From: Geosiphon pyriformis uo1
Taxonomy: Eukaryota > Fungi > Glomeromycota
Direction of reading: 5' to 3'
Assembly (NCBI GenBank): GCA_016748015.1
Contig: JAAOMT010000109.1
Coordinates: forward strand, 83,820 to 147,819
DNA length: 64,000 bases
How positions within the stretch are numbered: position 1 is the stretch's first letter; the number at the start of each line of letters is the position of its first letter. Position numbers and translations under genes: made by a program. The notes under the pieces were generated by a model that was given only the letters and a program-made list of their open reading frames with translations, was not told where the DNA came from and did no database searches. Shown piece after piece: positions 41,678-55,032 of this stretch.

Positions 41678-44600
41678 AATTTTTGGTAAATTTTATGTTC
41701 TGGAATTTACAAAATAAAATCTTTAATTTTTTTTCTTTTGGCAACCACTTTTAATAAGCAAATCTTGATGTTGGTAGATCATGATTTAAAATGATGGTAG
41801 ATAACTAAAAAATATATATATATACTCACTGGGTCAAAATATAAAATAGAATCGTTTTTTAATTGTGAATATAAAACTATGAATTAAACTATGAATGCAC
41901 AATTTGAAGTTTTGAAAAATGAATTTAATGGCAGAAAAATGAAAATAATAAGAAAAACGAAAAGCGATGCTTGGATACTGTACCTTTATTGAATTTTCCT
42001 ATTTCACAAAATGAAGTTTGGAAGTAGAAGAGATTTTGAATGATCCGATTATATTTATGTTGTAATGTAGCTTTTGGGCAGAATAAAACGCCAATATTGT
42101 GAAGTTCTGAGCAAAATGGGTATCAAGTACGTAATTGAGCGTTCGTTTTTATCTTGTATTGTTTCTTGATTTAGGCAATTGATGAGAGGAAAAATGGGGC
42201 GCAATAATTGATGGGGGTTCACCAAGCTCCGTACAGGGATGAAGTATGATAAAAGGGGCGAAAAGAAAATGGCAGACGTAAAAAGAAATTTTTGAATTGA
42301 TCCTCAGAGAAAGATAAAAGCTATTTGAGTGCGTCGTTATGATTCAGGCTATGTGTATGCGTAGCTGATCGATGCTATTGCAGAAAAAGAAAGAAAGAAA
42401 GAAAGAGTATAAAAGGGAAAAAGAGGTGGACATAGTGAAGTTGGTATAGATGAATATATAATTCAACATCAAAATAAATATTTTTAATTTTATGTAAGCA
42501 GCAGTTGTCATTTAGACGCCCCCCGAACATGATTCTACTTGTTTGGGATTTTATTTTTTGTACTTTATTGAGAAAACGACATTTTCAAAGGTTCTAAATA
42601 AGGTAAATTGACTTGGTCATAGTGAGGCTTTTACATTTTCACAAAATCCCCGAATTTAATTGATTCATAATTAATAAAGCACACATTTAAACTGATATAC
42701 ACTGCATGATTTCATCTGTTATGATTTGGTTGACCAATCTATTTTTAGTATTTTTGATGTAGCATTAGAATTTAATAATTCAAAGTAATCACATCATTGA
42801 TTCTTTGATTACAAACTGGGACCATATGATGTCAAATAGAAATTGAAAGTTCTTAAGAAATTTTCGATTAATAAAATTTAATTTTTTAATTGAGAATACC
42901 GAAATAATTACATTCTCGTGTGATTGTGTTACGAAAAATTATTGGCCAAGAGCACACTGCTTTATCACATACACAGTGCATAAACTTGAATAATCCTTAT
43001 TGAATTAAATTAAGTTACATTAAAAAAAAACTTGCCATCCATCTTCCTATTATTCAAAAAAGTAATTTAAAAAAAAAAACTTTTGAATATTTACTTACCC
43101 CAAATTGAATAATATGGCTAATTAACCAGACTTTTGTTTTACATTTTTTGTAAATTATTTTCCTAATAAAAAATAATATGATTCTAAACATAATTAGATT
43201 AAATCTTATCCAGAAATATTCAATGTTCAAAAGTTTTTTTGGGTCAAATTAAAAATAAATAATTCTTTTAATTGTTGTATCAAATTACATAAAAAATTAT
43301 TTTATTTGAACACTGAAAACCAAGTGATTTACTTATATTCAGCTGATAAATTATGAATTATCGATTTTTTTTTAATAATAAATGTACATTATTATTTTAT
43401 TTATTTGGCTTTTGTTTTTCAAGTAATAAGCTATTCTCATAATTATGCTTGGCTAAATGGTTTAAAACTATTGATCATAAGGATTTTATTCTTGTTTTTC
43501 AATCAATTTTGAGAAGTTTTCAATGCATAAAATTTGTGAAAAACAAAGTGCCATTACATAAAATTTAATAATAATTTTTTTAATACAAAGCATCCCCGAC
43601 ACCTGATACTCTTTGTAGATTAAATTTGGAGTCGATGACAAAAAATGACATAATGCTGATCATTCATACCTTTTATAGATTAATCATCAAGCTCTATGCC
43701 CGCAAAATCCCAAAGGGCTAGCAAAAAGTATCATCTATTGTAGTAAGTCTACAGGCCTTTATTGGGTTAAAACGTTGGAGAAAACAAGAGACCCTAAGTG
43801 ACTAACTAAAACCTGTCCGAATCGAATTGCAACCTCAAAGCAAGATGACAAAATTGCTATAAATGGCTGGAATCAAGTTATATTTTCAGATGAAGGGACA
43901 TTTCCTCTAAACCAACCAACCAACCAACATTAATTATTCTGGTCCGTGAAGCACCCATTAAAAGTAGGTTTTTTTTCAGTTTCAGGCTTTCAATAAAAGT
44001 GGCTGATTTGAAAGAAGGATGTTTAATGTTATTTCATGACTATCAATGTCACCTGACCAAAATCCAAAAAAAATTAATAATGGAAAAATCTAGTTAAGGC
44101 ATTAAATGGGATTATAAAATGTATTAGTGATCAGAATATAATTAAACTTTTGATTACTGTAAATTATTTTATCGATCAAACGAAATAACACCCTGTATAT
44201 GAATGGAGATTTGCATTACATTCTATGATGATCTTTGAAATAAATCGAGATTTTAAATACGTTCATCATTTTCCTTGGTTTTTTTTAAATCAAGATTATA
44301 AAAAAAAAAATAATGGTCACCATCGTCTAAAAGCTGAAACTGAGAAAAAAAACTTGCCGATTTGTTCGAATATAGAAGATAGAGAAACATGTTTTAGATT
44401 ATTGATAAACTTGTCATTGTTATTTACCAATATCTTAATTACTGAAAATATTTTTGAAAGTTTAAAAAATAAAAACCAAAAAAATAGTTTTCATGGCCTG
44501 TTTTAATTTTAAATTAAATTTTGTCTTTTTCTAATTTTAAAGCTATATATTTTATTAATTCCTATATTTTTCATGATTTTTCTTAATAAAATAACAATTT

Positions 44601-46837
44601 TTTCATTTGAATTATTGAAATAATTAAATTAAATCATATATATATTTAGTATTAAATTATTGATTTTTACCGAACGATTTTTATAATTATTATTAATACA
44701 TTTATCTTTTTATAAAAAAATTTAATCGAAAAATTTTATAATATTTGGCTATCGGAAATGGTTTTCATAGTCTACAAATGGCAGAAATGACTCACCTGCA
44801 GAGGCCTAACAGAATATTGCGGATAATTTTAAAATAAAATAATACAAAATCAATAAAAAAACAAGATTTTTTATATCAGAATGTATTAATCTTTATTTTG
44901 CCTATATAAAATATGTTTTGCAAAATAAAATGGTCACATAACTTATACATATTTGAATATATATAACATTAATACCTTCTTTAAATTTAATACAAGCATT
45001 AATGTGATTTGGCATATTATCTACTAATTGACAGTAAATTTCAGGGGATATGTCATGCCAATGAGATTTGGTTTACCTTGAAATTTATTTTTAACTTCAT
45101 TCAGAGATTTTTATTAAATTAAGTCTGAACTTTGAACAGATCAATCTAATACTCAAACTTTAGTTTTTTTGAGAAAATTGGTGGAAATATGGGAAGTGTA
45201 TGGTCTTGCATTATCTTTTTAAAACCAAATTTGATTAGGTGATGAGTTTCAGTTAAATAACCTTTATGTTTTTTTTGAATTAATAATTAAAGAAATCACT
45301 TGAAAATTTAAAATATAATATATATTATGATTTAAAAAATCTATTAGCTTAGAATAATTTTTATTGGTTATGTATTATTACATTTTAAAAAGTGTCGACA
45401 ATATTCTGCTAGGTCTGTAAATATACTTTGGGATAGTGTATACATTTGCCAACCGTATTTAAGCAATCAGAAATTTGTACAACATATTTTTAAACGTAAA
45501 TGGACGAACTTTCATTGAGTACGATTAAAATATTATGCACAAACTAGCTGAGAATCTGAATTGAATTTTATTGTAAATGTCCCGTTGAAAAAGTTTTTCT
45601 GTGCCCAAGAAACATGAGTTGGTCAATTTACAAAATCGAATCTTTTACCAAACAATGTTTCTTAAATATATCTTTTTGTTCAAGTTTTTCAATTTGAAAT
45701 TTGGTCTTAAGAAGGTTCAACTCCTTTTTAAAATTTTATGATAATGCTTTTAAAAAAAAATATTAAAGTTGTAAAACTCATTAATTTAGATGTATCTAAA
45801 ATTTATTATATTAATTAAAAATAGTTATTTTTTTTGGTTCAATTTATTCATCAAAAATTCAAAAATACTATTTAATCTTTGCAACTTTTTTAGGCTTTAA
45901 GATACCAATGAATTTATAATATATGCTGATAAGTTTATTAATTAAATGTAAGCCAAGTGGTTTTGATATTAATTAATAATAAAATAAAAATCTAATATTC
46001 TTATTTTTGATAAAAAAAATAAAAAATAACAGAAAATTTCTTAAAATACATGTTCTTATTTTTCTAGTAAACTAATATATGGATTAATTAATAATTTTTA
46101 AAAAATTCTTTTATTAATTGTAGTTGAATCAAACTTGTAAGCATTTAAATAATAAATTATAGAAAAAATTATTATTTTAAAAACAAAAAATAATTTTTTA
46201 TGCTTACGGTGTACGTATATTAGACGTGGATCAAGACCACACTGTAAAAAATTCCGTAGTGTCTTTCTCACGCCCATGGCGTTCCTTGGCAATCTGCCAT
46301 CCCATTTATTCCTCAACATCATCGTCTGCCTTTAATTTTGTTTTTATATTAAAAAATATATATATTTAATTAAACAGTTGATTTTTTATGCTCAAATTTT
46401 CAATATAAATTTTTAATTATTTAATTATAATTTTGAAAATTACTTTTCTATTTTTTATATGTTAAAAAGACATAATAAATAATCATAAAAAAATTTGAAA
46501 ATTGAAATTTTTTTTCAAAATAGCATTTATTCATCATTTATATTTAAGAAGTTTAAAGCAATATGGTTTATTGATTTTATAAATTGCAAAACTAAAATTA
46601 TTTATATAAAATAATTTAACAAATTTAAAAAAAAATATATTTATAAATTATTTTTTAACATCTAACTTAAAAATCGAAATTGTATTTTAAACATTAAGCA
46701 AAATAAAATAGTGTCAAATATTTTTACATCATCGTAATATTTATATAAAATTTTTGCTCTTTGTTGAATAATTGTGTTTTTAATGATTTAATTTGCTGTA
46801 ATATTTACCTCAGTCTTCATTAAGTTGATTATGTTTT

Positions 46838-48407
46838 TTAACTATTTTCGTTGTAAGGTTCCAAAAGAGCAATGGCCTTTCTAAGATTATCCATTGCTGT
46901 TTTCACATCACTATAATTCAGAGCACTAATGGCCCATTTGGAATGTTTTTGGGCAATGGCAATGGTACTAGCATCTATTTCTGGAATGTTTCGGTAATTA
47001 TGAGGTGTCTGGGGATTTGTGACATGAGTATGTGTTTGGAAAGAATGTACATTAGAGGATGGGGTTGGTTGTTGATAGGGTGGGGTGACATATTTATTAA
47101 AACCTAGTTGCGGCGGAGGAGCCGGAGAAATAGGACCATGTAGCTGCGGTCTTTGTTGTGAGGGTTGATGAACCGAGTCATTACTAAAAAATGAGGGTTG
47201 TTGAACATTTAATTGGTTTTGATCATAATATAAATTGTTGGATGAAGTAGACGGTAAATTTAGCGAGGAAGGTGTGCTTGTAGTTGAAGGAAATGGATCT
47301 AAACCAATAACAGTATTTGAAGGAAATCCGATTGGGGAATAAAACTCATTTGATTTGGGTGAAGGGATGGTGGGATGGAATGGTGTTACGATCAAAGTGC
47401 TCAATTGCGATTTGACATCTGGGTTATCACCAATAAAGGGATCGTAATGTGTCAAAGGTTGTTGATTTTGTGAGGGTGGTGAGGGAAATGATGCCCAAGG
47501 ATCTTCCTCGGTTTTATGTAAAGAAGATATAGATGATAGTGGGGCAGAAGGAAATTGATCAAATTCAGGAACATCATTTGAGTGAGTTCTGGAATCAATA
47601 TTAACCGAGTCAGTTTCTTGTTGAAGTTGGATATTTGGATCACCACCTGGTGGACCGGGAACTGGTGCTTCTCCATTATTTATCGCTTTGACGATATTTG
47701 CTGCCTTCCACTTGGCATATTTAATTTTCTCTTCGATCTGTAAATTTCCAAAAATAAACATTAGCCAGAAATCTAATTGGACTTTTTTGGCGAAACTTTA
47801 TTCACCTCTGGTTCCATATCTCCAAATATGTATAATAGTTCCAAAAATATTGAGGCTGCCAAAAAAGTTTTAGCTGTCTTTCTACAAGAAAAGCAGGTGA
47901 ATTAATTGATTAGTGACATTTCAAATTTGCATAAATTTTTATATATACTTTGACGCTTTCCCCAAACGATCCTCATTGTCAGCATTGAGGAATATTTTCA
48001 ACCCAAAATTTTCCACATATGCAGATCCTGCGATATCATTGGTGATAGCTTCATTATCTCCAAGATTTTTCTTTTCCTTTTCGTCATATTGGCAAATTAG
48101 CTTCGAATTTGAAGAAAATTACCAAGCTGACAGTTACACAATACCGCTTCGAGAACGTCCAAGAGAGTCGCAAGGAAAGCGGTGCTTTCCTTACTCTTTG
48201 TAGGTTTAGCAATCGCAAGTTTTGCAGCATAATAGTTGCCTAGAAGCTCAGGTGTTAGACAACTATCATTTTTGTTTGGTATCACAAAAAAAAATCAACC
48301 CTACAATAATAAGCAATGATAGGCTCCCGCTTGAGAAGTTCCTGGGCCCTTTGAAGATATGGGCTTATAAATTTCAATTCAACTGGAACTGGAGGTAAAG
48401 AGGCCAT
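46838..48407 (-). CDS. VTA1: Vta1 (ESCRT Vps4 cofactor)
   Basis: N-terminal MIT region (ELKFISPYLQRAQELLKREPIIAYYC, KIKYAKWKAANI), Pro/Ser linker, and C-terminal VSL (AQKHSKWAISALNYSDVKTAMDNLRKAIALL). Confidence 0.93.
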
Positions 48408-48712
48408 GATTCTTGTAAAAGATTTTACGAGAAAAACCCAGAAGATAAATGACGTATGTATCACAGCTTTCAATGATTTCTTTAAAAGGTTAAAAACAGG
48501 GGTTCAAACCTAAATCGTTGATCATCAGATGTCAGCAAATTCTAAATCTTTGCATTATGCACATAGAAAAAAAAAGCTAGCACGGCAAATCAATCGCAAA
48601 CAGTTTTGCAAATCTCCGATATTTGATTCGCCGAAGATATAATAAATATTGCCTCATTTTGATCTTTTCGCTTTACAAAGCCCATATTGAAACTCTTACT
48701 CCCTTCTAAAAA

Positions 48713-49544
48713 ATGTCACAGGTCGGTATATGAAAATGTAAACATTAATGATTAGATCAATCATTGATCAATTTCGTATTAAGATAATTCATTTTTTTTA
48801 AAAAAAAGGCCCATACGACAAAAGTTTTTCAAAATGAAGGCGATTTGCTTCCAATTATTTACGAAGCTAATTTCACTGTTGACTTAGGTATTTTTTACAC
48901 TCGATTTTTATTGAATATATCTCAAGCTATCTGCACTAGATTTCTTATAAGGGTTTTATTTTTTTTCAACTATAGAGATATTTGATGAATTCTCAACTTG
49001 GCTACAGGATTATCTTCGTGAAACCATTAATCAGAATATAGCATTTCGCGATGCTGAGGTAAAATCATTTCCCGAATCCATGAATTCTCTGAAAGAATCT
49101 ATAAGTTCATGCAAAGTATGGCAATTGTTCGGTTGTGGGTTTGCAGTCCACAATAAAAGAAGTTATTTTGGGTTTTAATTGTAAACTTCCTTTTGATTGT
49201 TTAGGTTTTCGAACGAAATCCGGGACACGATGAAGGCGACAATTTTACAAAAAACCCCGATCGTGTTCATAAATATATCACAGTATTTTTTGAGGTCGAT
49301 AATAAGAATAGCATTGATCGTTATTTAGCTGAAGAGGTAAATGACCGTTTTTTATCTCAAAAGTTTTTGTATCGATTAGTTTCTCTCTTCTTGATTCAAT
49401 ATTTCCACCTGAACTCAGGCTCCCAAAATCCAAGAAATCCTCAATACTAAATTCAACCAAAAAGATGGCTTAGTCGTCTCATCACGTCGCATCTTATATC
49501 CAGTGTCTCTGTGGGCTAAGGCTACTAAAGCAGCAAAGAAGTGA
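48713..49544 (+). CDS. DUF4286-like small alpha/beta protein, 5 short exons (absent from the ORF track)
   Basis: Spliced product MSQAHTTKVFQNEGDLLPIIYEANFTVDLEIFDEFSTWLQDYLRE...FRDAEVFER...YITVFFEVDNKNSIDRYLAEEAPKIQEILNTKF...SRRILYP. It matches the recalled DUF4286 pattern (IYxxNxxV, W, Y...AP, F, R.L). First exon and third donor uncertain. Confidence 0.7.
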
Positions 49545-49926
49545 ACAAAGATTTTGTCTAGATTCAAAACAATAATTAAAAAGAAGTTTAGAAAAAATTT
49601 AGAGTTCAATCTTTAAAATTTTGCCTTCAAATTTTGGGCATCAAAGAAATCTTAACGGAATTATTATATTCCTAAACTTAACCTTTAAAATAGAATAGGT
49701 CCCCTTTGTCGGGATATTGATACATCTAACTTTGGGTCACGTTATTATGACGATATACCATTTTTAGTTAGACCATAAAAATGGCAGTGCAAAAAGTGTT
49801 AATAAGAGCACTTCTGACAAGACGTAACTTTTGATCAGGTATTGCTGATCAAACTCAATGTTTGAGAAGGTTTACTATTGTTTTAAAATTGCTTTTGAAT
49901 GAAGCTGGCCCTTTATCAACATTACA

Positions 49927-52179
49927 ATGGAGGAAACGGTGTCCGAGGCTAAGTCACCAAGGGTTCGAACTCTTTCTCTGTAAATTTTCATAGGCTGGAG
50001 TTTGTTTTCGTTGTGATGAACGCTAACATTCAAGTGATTTAGGGAAAGCGATCATATACTTATGATACACTCATGCGGTGGGTAAATTCTTATCTTGTTT
50101 CCCCATTCTGATTCCGTGTTATGAGCTTTCTGTTAAAAGGTTGAGTTCTTATTGGGTTCTAAACAACACAAGGTTGAACAATGTAGAAAATTGTTTGATC
50201 GATACGAGGAAATCCCGGGATACGATTATGAATAATATAGAACATCTTTTAAAGAAGGAGAATAATAAGCTTTGTCTAGTAAGTTTCTCTAAAACATCAA
50301 TATATTCTCGGTCAGGACGCTGAATCAATCTCAATTCAATTATCTTTACATAGGAAAGAGAAAAAAATTCTAACTTATCAAGATTAAAGCGATATCAAGA
50401 AGATATTGCAAAGCAACAAAAAGAACTCGACGAAGGTGGCTATCAACTTGAAAATTTTATACTCAAATATATTTCTGAATTAGAGCTTGAAAACTGATTT
50501 ATGTACGTGTCTCAAAAATTTAACTCAAAGAACGTCTTCGGCTCAATCAACTGCGCGAGAATCTTCAATTAAGACGAAAATCTTTGGAAGACGCCAGGTT
50601 ACGTTGTCATGAAGAGAATGAATATTTGGAGGAAAGCCAAAAGAAATTGGAACGAGATCGGTTTGTTTGTTAGTCTGTGCGGTTAGTTTTTGAAATTGCG
50701 TTGTTTATTTTTTCAGAAGGTCGTATTGAACGGGGTGCGTGTTATTAGCGAGGCACTCTCCGTCAATTCTTCTCGGTTAACCACTCGTCAAAGAGAATTG
50801 ATTGCGGACTTGCTATCCATATATCCCATCGAGCCGGTAATTTTCTACTTTAATGATTTACTGGATTCTATTTGTTGATAATTCATTTTATTGATCAAGT
50901 ATGAATAAAAGGCGAATACCGATGCCTTTTCTTTTAAAATTCTTGGCCTGCCGCTGCCTAATTCCGTGTTTAACGGTAAATGAAATGTCTGTTTTGAGAT
51001 GGGCCTGTTTCTTTGAGTTCCCATTTAAATGATGCTTTATTTGAAATTTTTAGGAGATGACGAGCAAGTAGCTACAGCATTAGGATTTACATGTCATTTA
51101 ATTCAAATGCTTGCCTATTATCTTGAGATACCATTGAGGTTTCCAATAATACCAATGTCATCAAGATCAACGATACGCGATCCAATATCTTCTTCTATAC
51201 TTGCACCAAGACAGTAAGTCGGGCTGTTTGTCCTTGCTCCAAGTTGGTTGTTTGACGTCAATTGGCATTTCCAAGTTTAGTTCAATCAAGAAGGTTTCAC
51301 ACACCTAAAAAGAATTTTTGAGCATTTATAACCCATACATGTGTATCACACATATTCAGGGAATATATATCACCATATGTGGCGTACATGGCGCCATTCT
51401 TGGGTTTATTAAACTTGATATTGATGGGATTATGCAAGGGGGAAGGAGAGCGTTACGTTAGCAACAATCAACTTGGAGCCCTGTAATTATTTTAACTTCT
51501 CTGGTTTTGTGATCCTATCCACTGTTCTGCTTGTTTTTTTCATATTCATGCTGTTGAAATACAAATTTTTTTCAAATAACTGTAGTTTCCCATTGTATTC
51601 TAAAGGAGTAGATCGAATGCGTTTCGAATATGCTGTGTTTTTGTTAAATAAAAACATTGAGCAGGTTAGTAATAAGAAAACCAGTAAAGATATTATGTTT
51701 ATCGGTTTTAATTTTTGGACACTCGATTTTAGTTGATGCATTTCCAAGAATTGCCGGTGATGGATCTTCGGCACACCTTGCCTAATTTGAAGTTTTTAAT
51801 ACTTAGCCTGATTTCGACATCATCCAGTCAAGCCTCCCATTTCCGTAAAATTATTCCTCGTAACTCCACGGTAACGAGTGGTTCAAATAAAAATAATACT
51901 AATAATAATAGAAGTGGAATTGCAAGTAGTAGCAGCAACAGCCTTCATATACCAAATCATCTTACTGATATTGGTCCCAGTAGCCTTATATCGGCATATC
52001 ACCCACAATTACTTTATCGTGACATAAATCCTCCTTCAAGATCATCCTCAAGAAGCAGTACACGTTCCGTTGATACCAATGGGTCATTCAAAAAAAGTTC
52101 GTTAAGTCCCATAGCCATACCGCGAGGGGCTGAGAATCATCGGAGACGAAACACGGGATTAGAAGTCGGCGTCACGTAA
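49927..52179 (+). CDS. VPS38: Vps38/UVRAG (PI3K complex II subunit)
   Basis: Coiled coil followed by the BARA2-type region DDEQVATALGFTCHLIQMLAYYLEIPLRFPI...[27 protein letters not shown]...DLRHTLPNL. Multiple GT-AG introns. Start codon tentative. Confidence 0.85.
51236..51479 (+). ncRNA. Long imperfect stem-loop within VPS38 intron 51214-51585
   Basis: 51236-51258 pairs with 51455-51479, and 51272-51292 pairs with 51397-51417. Several non-Watson-Crick positions are G-U. Confidence 0.5.
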
Positions 52180-52866
52180 TATATCCTGTTGATTTGTCTG
52201 CTTATCTTCAGTTCCCAAGATCTCGAGCCGGGTCTTCAAATTCAGCAAAAATATACAGCGAATCGAGAAGATGCCCACGTTGTGGGCAACAAGTTATTAT
52301 GTATTTTATTTTTTATTTGGAACATTTTAGCGTTGTAAATAGATTTTATTATGATTGAAGATTTGATGGAGAAGATATCAACCCTATCCAAATAAGTCAA
52401 AAGATTCTCGAATAATAATATCTTGTACTCTTTGATGTTCCAGATTGTCAAGATAGTATCATCACACTATTTGTGATAACCAAATTAATTCCTTTGCATT
52501 ATGTTACCTCATTGTTCAACTTGTCAAAATGGTACAACATTCAATTTTTAGTACTGGAAAAATCACTCTATCTTTGAACTACCTACCCCTCAAAGAACGT
52601 TACATGAACGTCACAACAGCTGAAATTCATTAACCCCTTTACTTTTCGTTTCCGTTGTAATTCCTAATCTCAAAGATGGGAATAATCATCAGGAATTATA
52701 TTAAATAGAATACGAAAAAATATCGTTTCTAAATACATTTGACTTCATTCTTCCCTCTCTCTTTCTGAGGTTCTTTTTGTTAATGACCCAAAGCTGTTAG
52801 CTTTTATGACCAAAAACCTTTGAATATACTAGGATTGAACTATTTTTTCCGTCTACTGCTACCATA

Positions 52867-53917
52867 ATGACTGAATTAGATAAATCAACAGAACCAATTG
52901 CGAAGCAACGATCCCTTCCAACGCGTTCACTTCGCGCAATGTCACTTCCCACATTGCAAACAACTAGCAGCAGTAGTTGTCACTCCTATTCAAAGGGTAC
53001 TTTACCAACCCCTGTGCGTACACACACCTTTCCCAACCCACCACCACAGTCTCCCCATCCTTCCCCTTTAACTTACCCAGACCTCCCACCCGACCCAAAA
53101 CGTTGGACGTCTTCCAATGTGGCAGTTTACCTCGCCTATTGTCTTCGTCTATATCCCCCAGCGGTTATACAAGACCTTACACGCTACGTGCAAGAAGACA
53201 CATCATTGAACGGACGTCGGTTTTTACGTCTCAAGGAAGAAAATTTGAGACTTATGGGATTTAATGAACGATGGGTCAAGTTGATAATGACAGGTGTGAA
53301 AGCGTTACGAAGGGAAAGTTTGACACAAAAGATTTTGGTCAATGGGAGTAATAGCAATGGGATAATGGAGGAACCGCTAGAGGAAGAGTTTGCGGCGGAA
53401 GAGTATTTTGAAGGAGATGGTGAGACAACCGCCAGTACACCTAGTAGTCTTGATGGTATATTTCTCACTCGAAAATCTATTATCGTTTCTTCGAGTTGCA
53501 TAATATTAATTGCTTCATAATCTAAATCTAGATGTGTTTTCTGAGACAATTACTTCAACCGATCATTCTTCCATCTCCCAGATGGAACAAGTCAATAGGA
53601 AAGAATTAAATAAATCTTTCAATGTTTCCTTATCCTCACCTTTTCTTACGGCTGAAGATAAAGAATTTATTTGTCAAGAATTAGCAAAACTTGGTGAATC
53701 ATTTAAGGCGTCTTTGGCATCCTCACCATCACTCTCGACATATTCAAAATCATCGTTTTCATCATCAAATCAACAAGAAGCGGAATCGGTTAGTTCAGTA
53801 AATGATTGTACGGCTGCACCAGTTGGTAATACCAGATCATATGGGAACGGGATAGTCCACGGAGCAATCTTCGGAGGGATGATTGTCTTAGCTTGTATGA
53901 AAATTTTTAGTCGATGA
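52867..53917 (+). CDS. SAM-like domain protein with C-terminal transmembrane anchor
   Basis: PDPKRWTSSNVAVYL...LNGRRFLRLKEENLRLMGF matches the SAM pattern. One intron (~53456-53530). C-terminal GIVHGAIFGGMIVLACMKIFSR. Confidence 0.75.
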
Positions 53918-54446
53918 ATGTTTAGTTTGGTCGGAAGATAATTTTGTTCTTTCTTTATATATAAGCCTTAGCATACGTCATCCTCTGGTTCAACTTTTAA
54001 ATTTCCTTCTCATTTCTACCTCTTATAGATCTTCGATTCAGATTCTCCTTACACAATTATCGTATCCAAATTTTCATTACCTTTCGCGATTATTATAATT
54101 CAGGTCTTATTCCACTTGGACAATAGTATTAAGCTCTTTTCCAGACGGAATCGATTTGTGTATGTAATATTATTATCCTTATCAGTTATTTTTCCTATAC
54201 ATCCGATATCACTTATCCGCAAATACCAAATAAAACTCGACTTGTACTTTTCATTTAATTGAATTTTTCAATTTTGCCTAGTTCAAAATATAGTTTGAGC
54301 TTCTGAAAACTAGGAGACTGGATAGGCCCTTGTAAAAACTACAATATTTTATTACAAAGTAGGAAATAAATTTTCGCTTTCTAAAATAAATGGAAAACGA
54401 TTCTGCAAGGTATTTGATGTAATAGATCTTTCAAAAATGATATAGC

Positions 54447-55032
54447 AATCAAATCATAAATTGATACCACAAAATTACGACCTCCAAAAACAAAAGTAAT
54501 CGCGTATTTCGACAAAGTTTTACACGGTACCACCCAGATCCTCGGTATTATATTTTGGTATGTGAATTTTGAATTTTGGTATGTTATTATAGATTTGGTC
54601 CGCCGTTTGGTCCTTTACGAGGATTATCGTAGTCCCGTTGTCAATTACCGCTTTTCCACCAATATTTATAGAGTTATGGCCGACATACATGCTGCGGGAA
54701 TTTCCCATTCTCTTTGGCTGGCTACTTGAACGTATGTTATTGTGCCTAATATTATTAAGAATTTTTATAGTAACAAGAGTTTTGGCTGAGATTTTACACA
54801 TTTGAATGTGAACTTTTTTTATCTAATATAAAATTAGAAGATCATTCTTGTTATTAATTCCACCAAAAAGATATTCACTACCACCTTTCTTCTTATGAAT
54901 TAAGCATACCGAAAGACTGATATCTTAATCAATAGAAACAAAAAGAGAGATAAGATTCATTAAACTCTCTTTATCCAGAAAAGAAACCACAAAAAATGGG
55001 TTTTGAACCCCGAAATCCGGGAATTCATGGGC
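54447..55032 (-). pseudogene. Partial duplicate (same orientation) of aspartic protease region 37463-38129
   Basis: Near-identical stretches with small deletions. Catalytic DTG changed to DNG; frameshifted. Confidence 0.9.

Noticed and set aside
46200-46332. Short GC-richer island and 74-aa ORF as a possible tRNA or ncRNA
   Set aside because: No cloverleaf, box motifs or recognisable protein motif found by eye.
46838-52179. VTA1 and VPS38 as a functional endosomal gene cluster
   Set aside because: Two housekeeping genes near each other is compatible with chance; synteny data would be needed.
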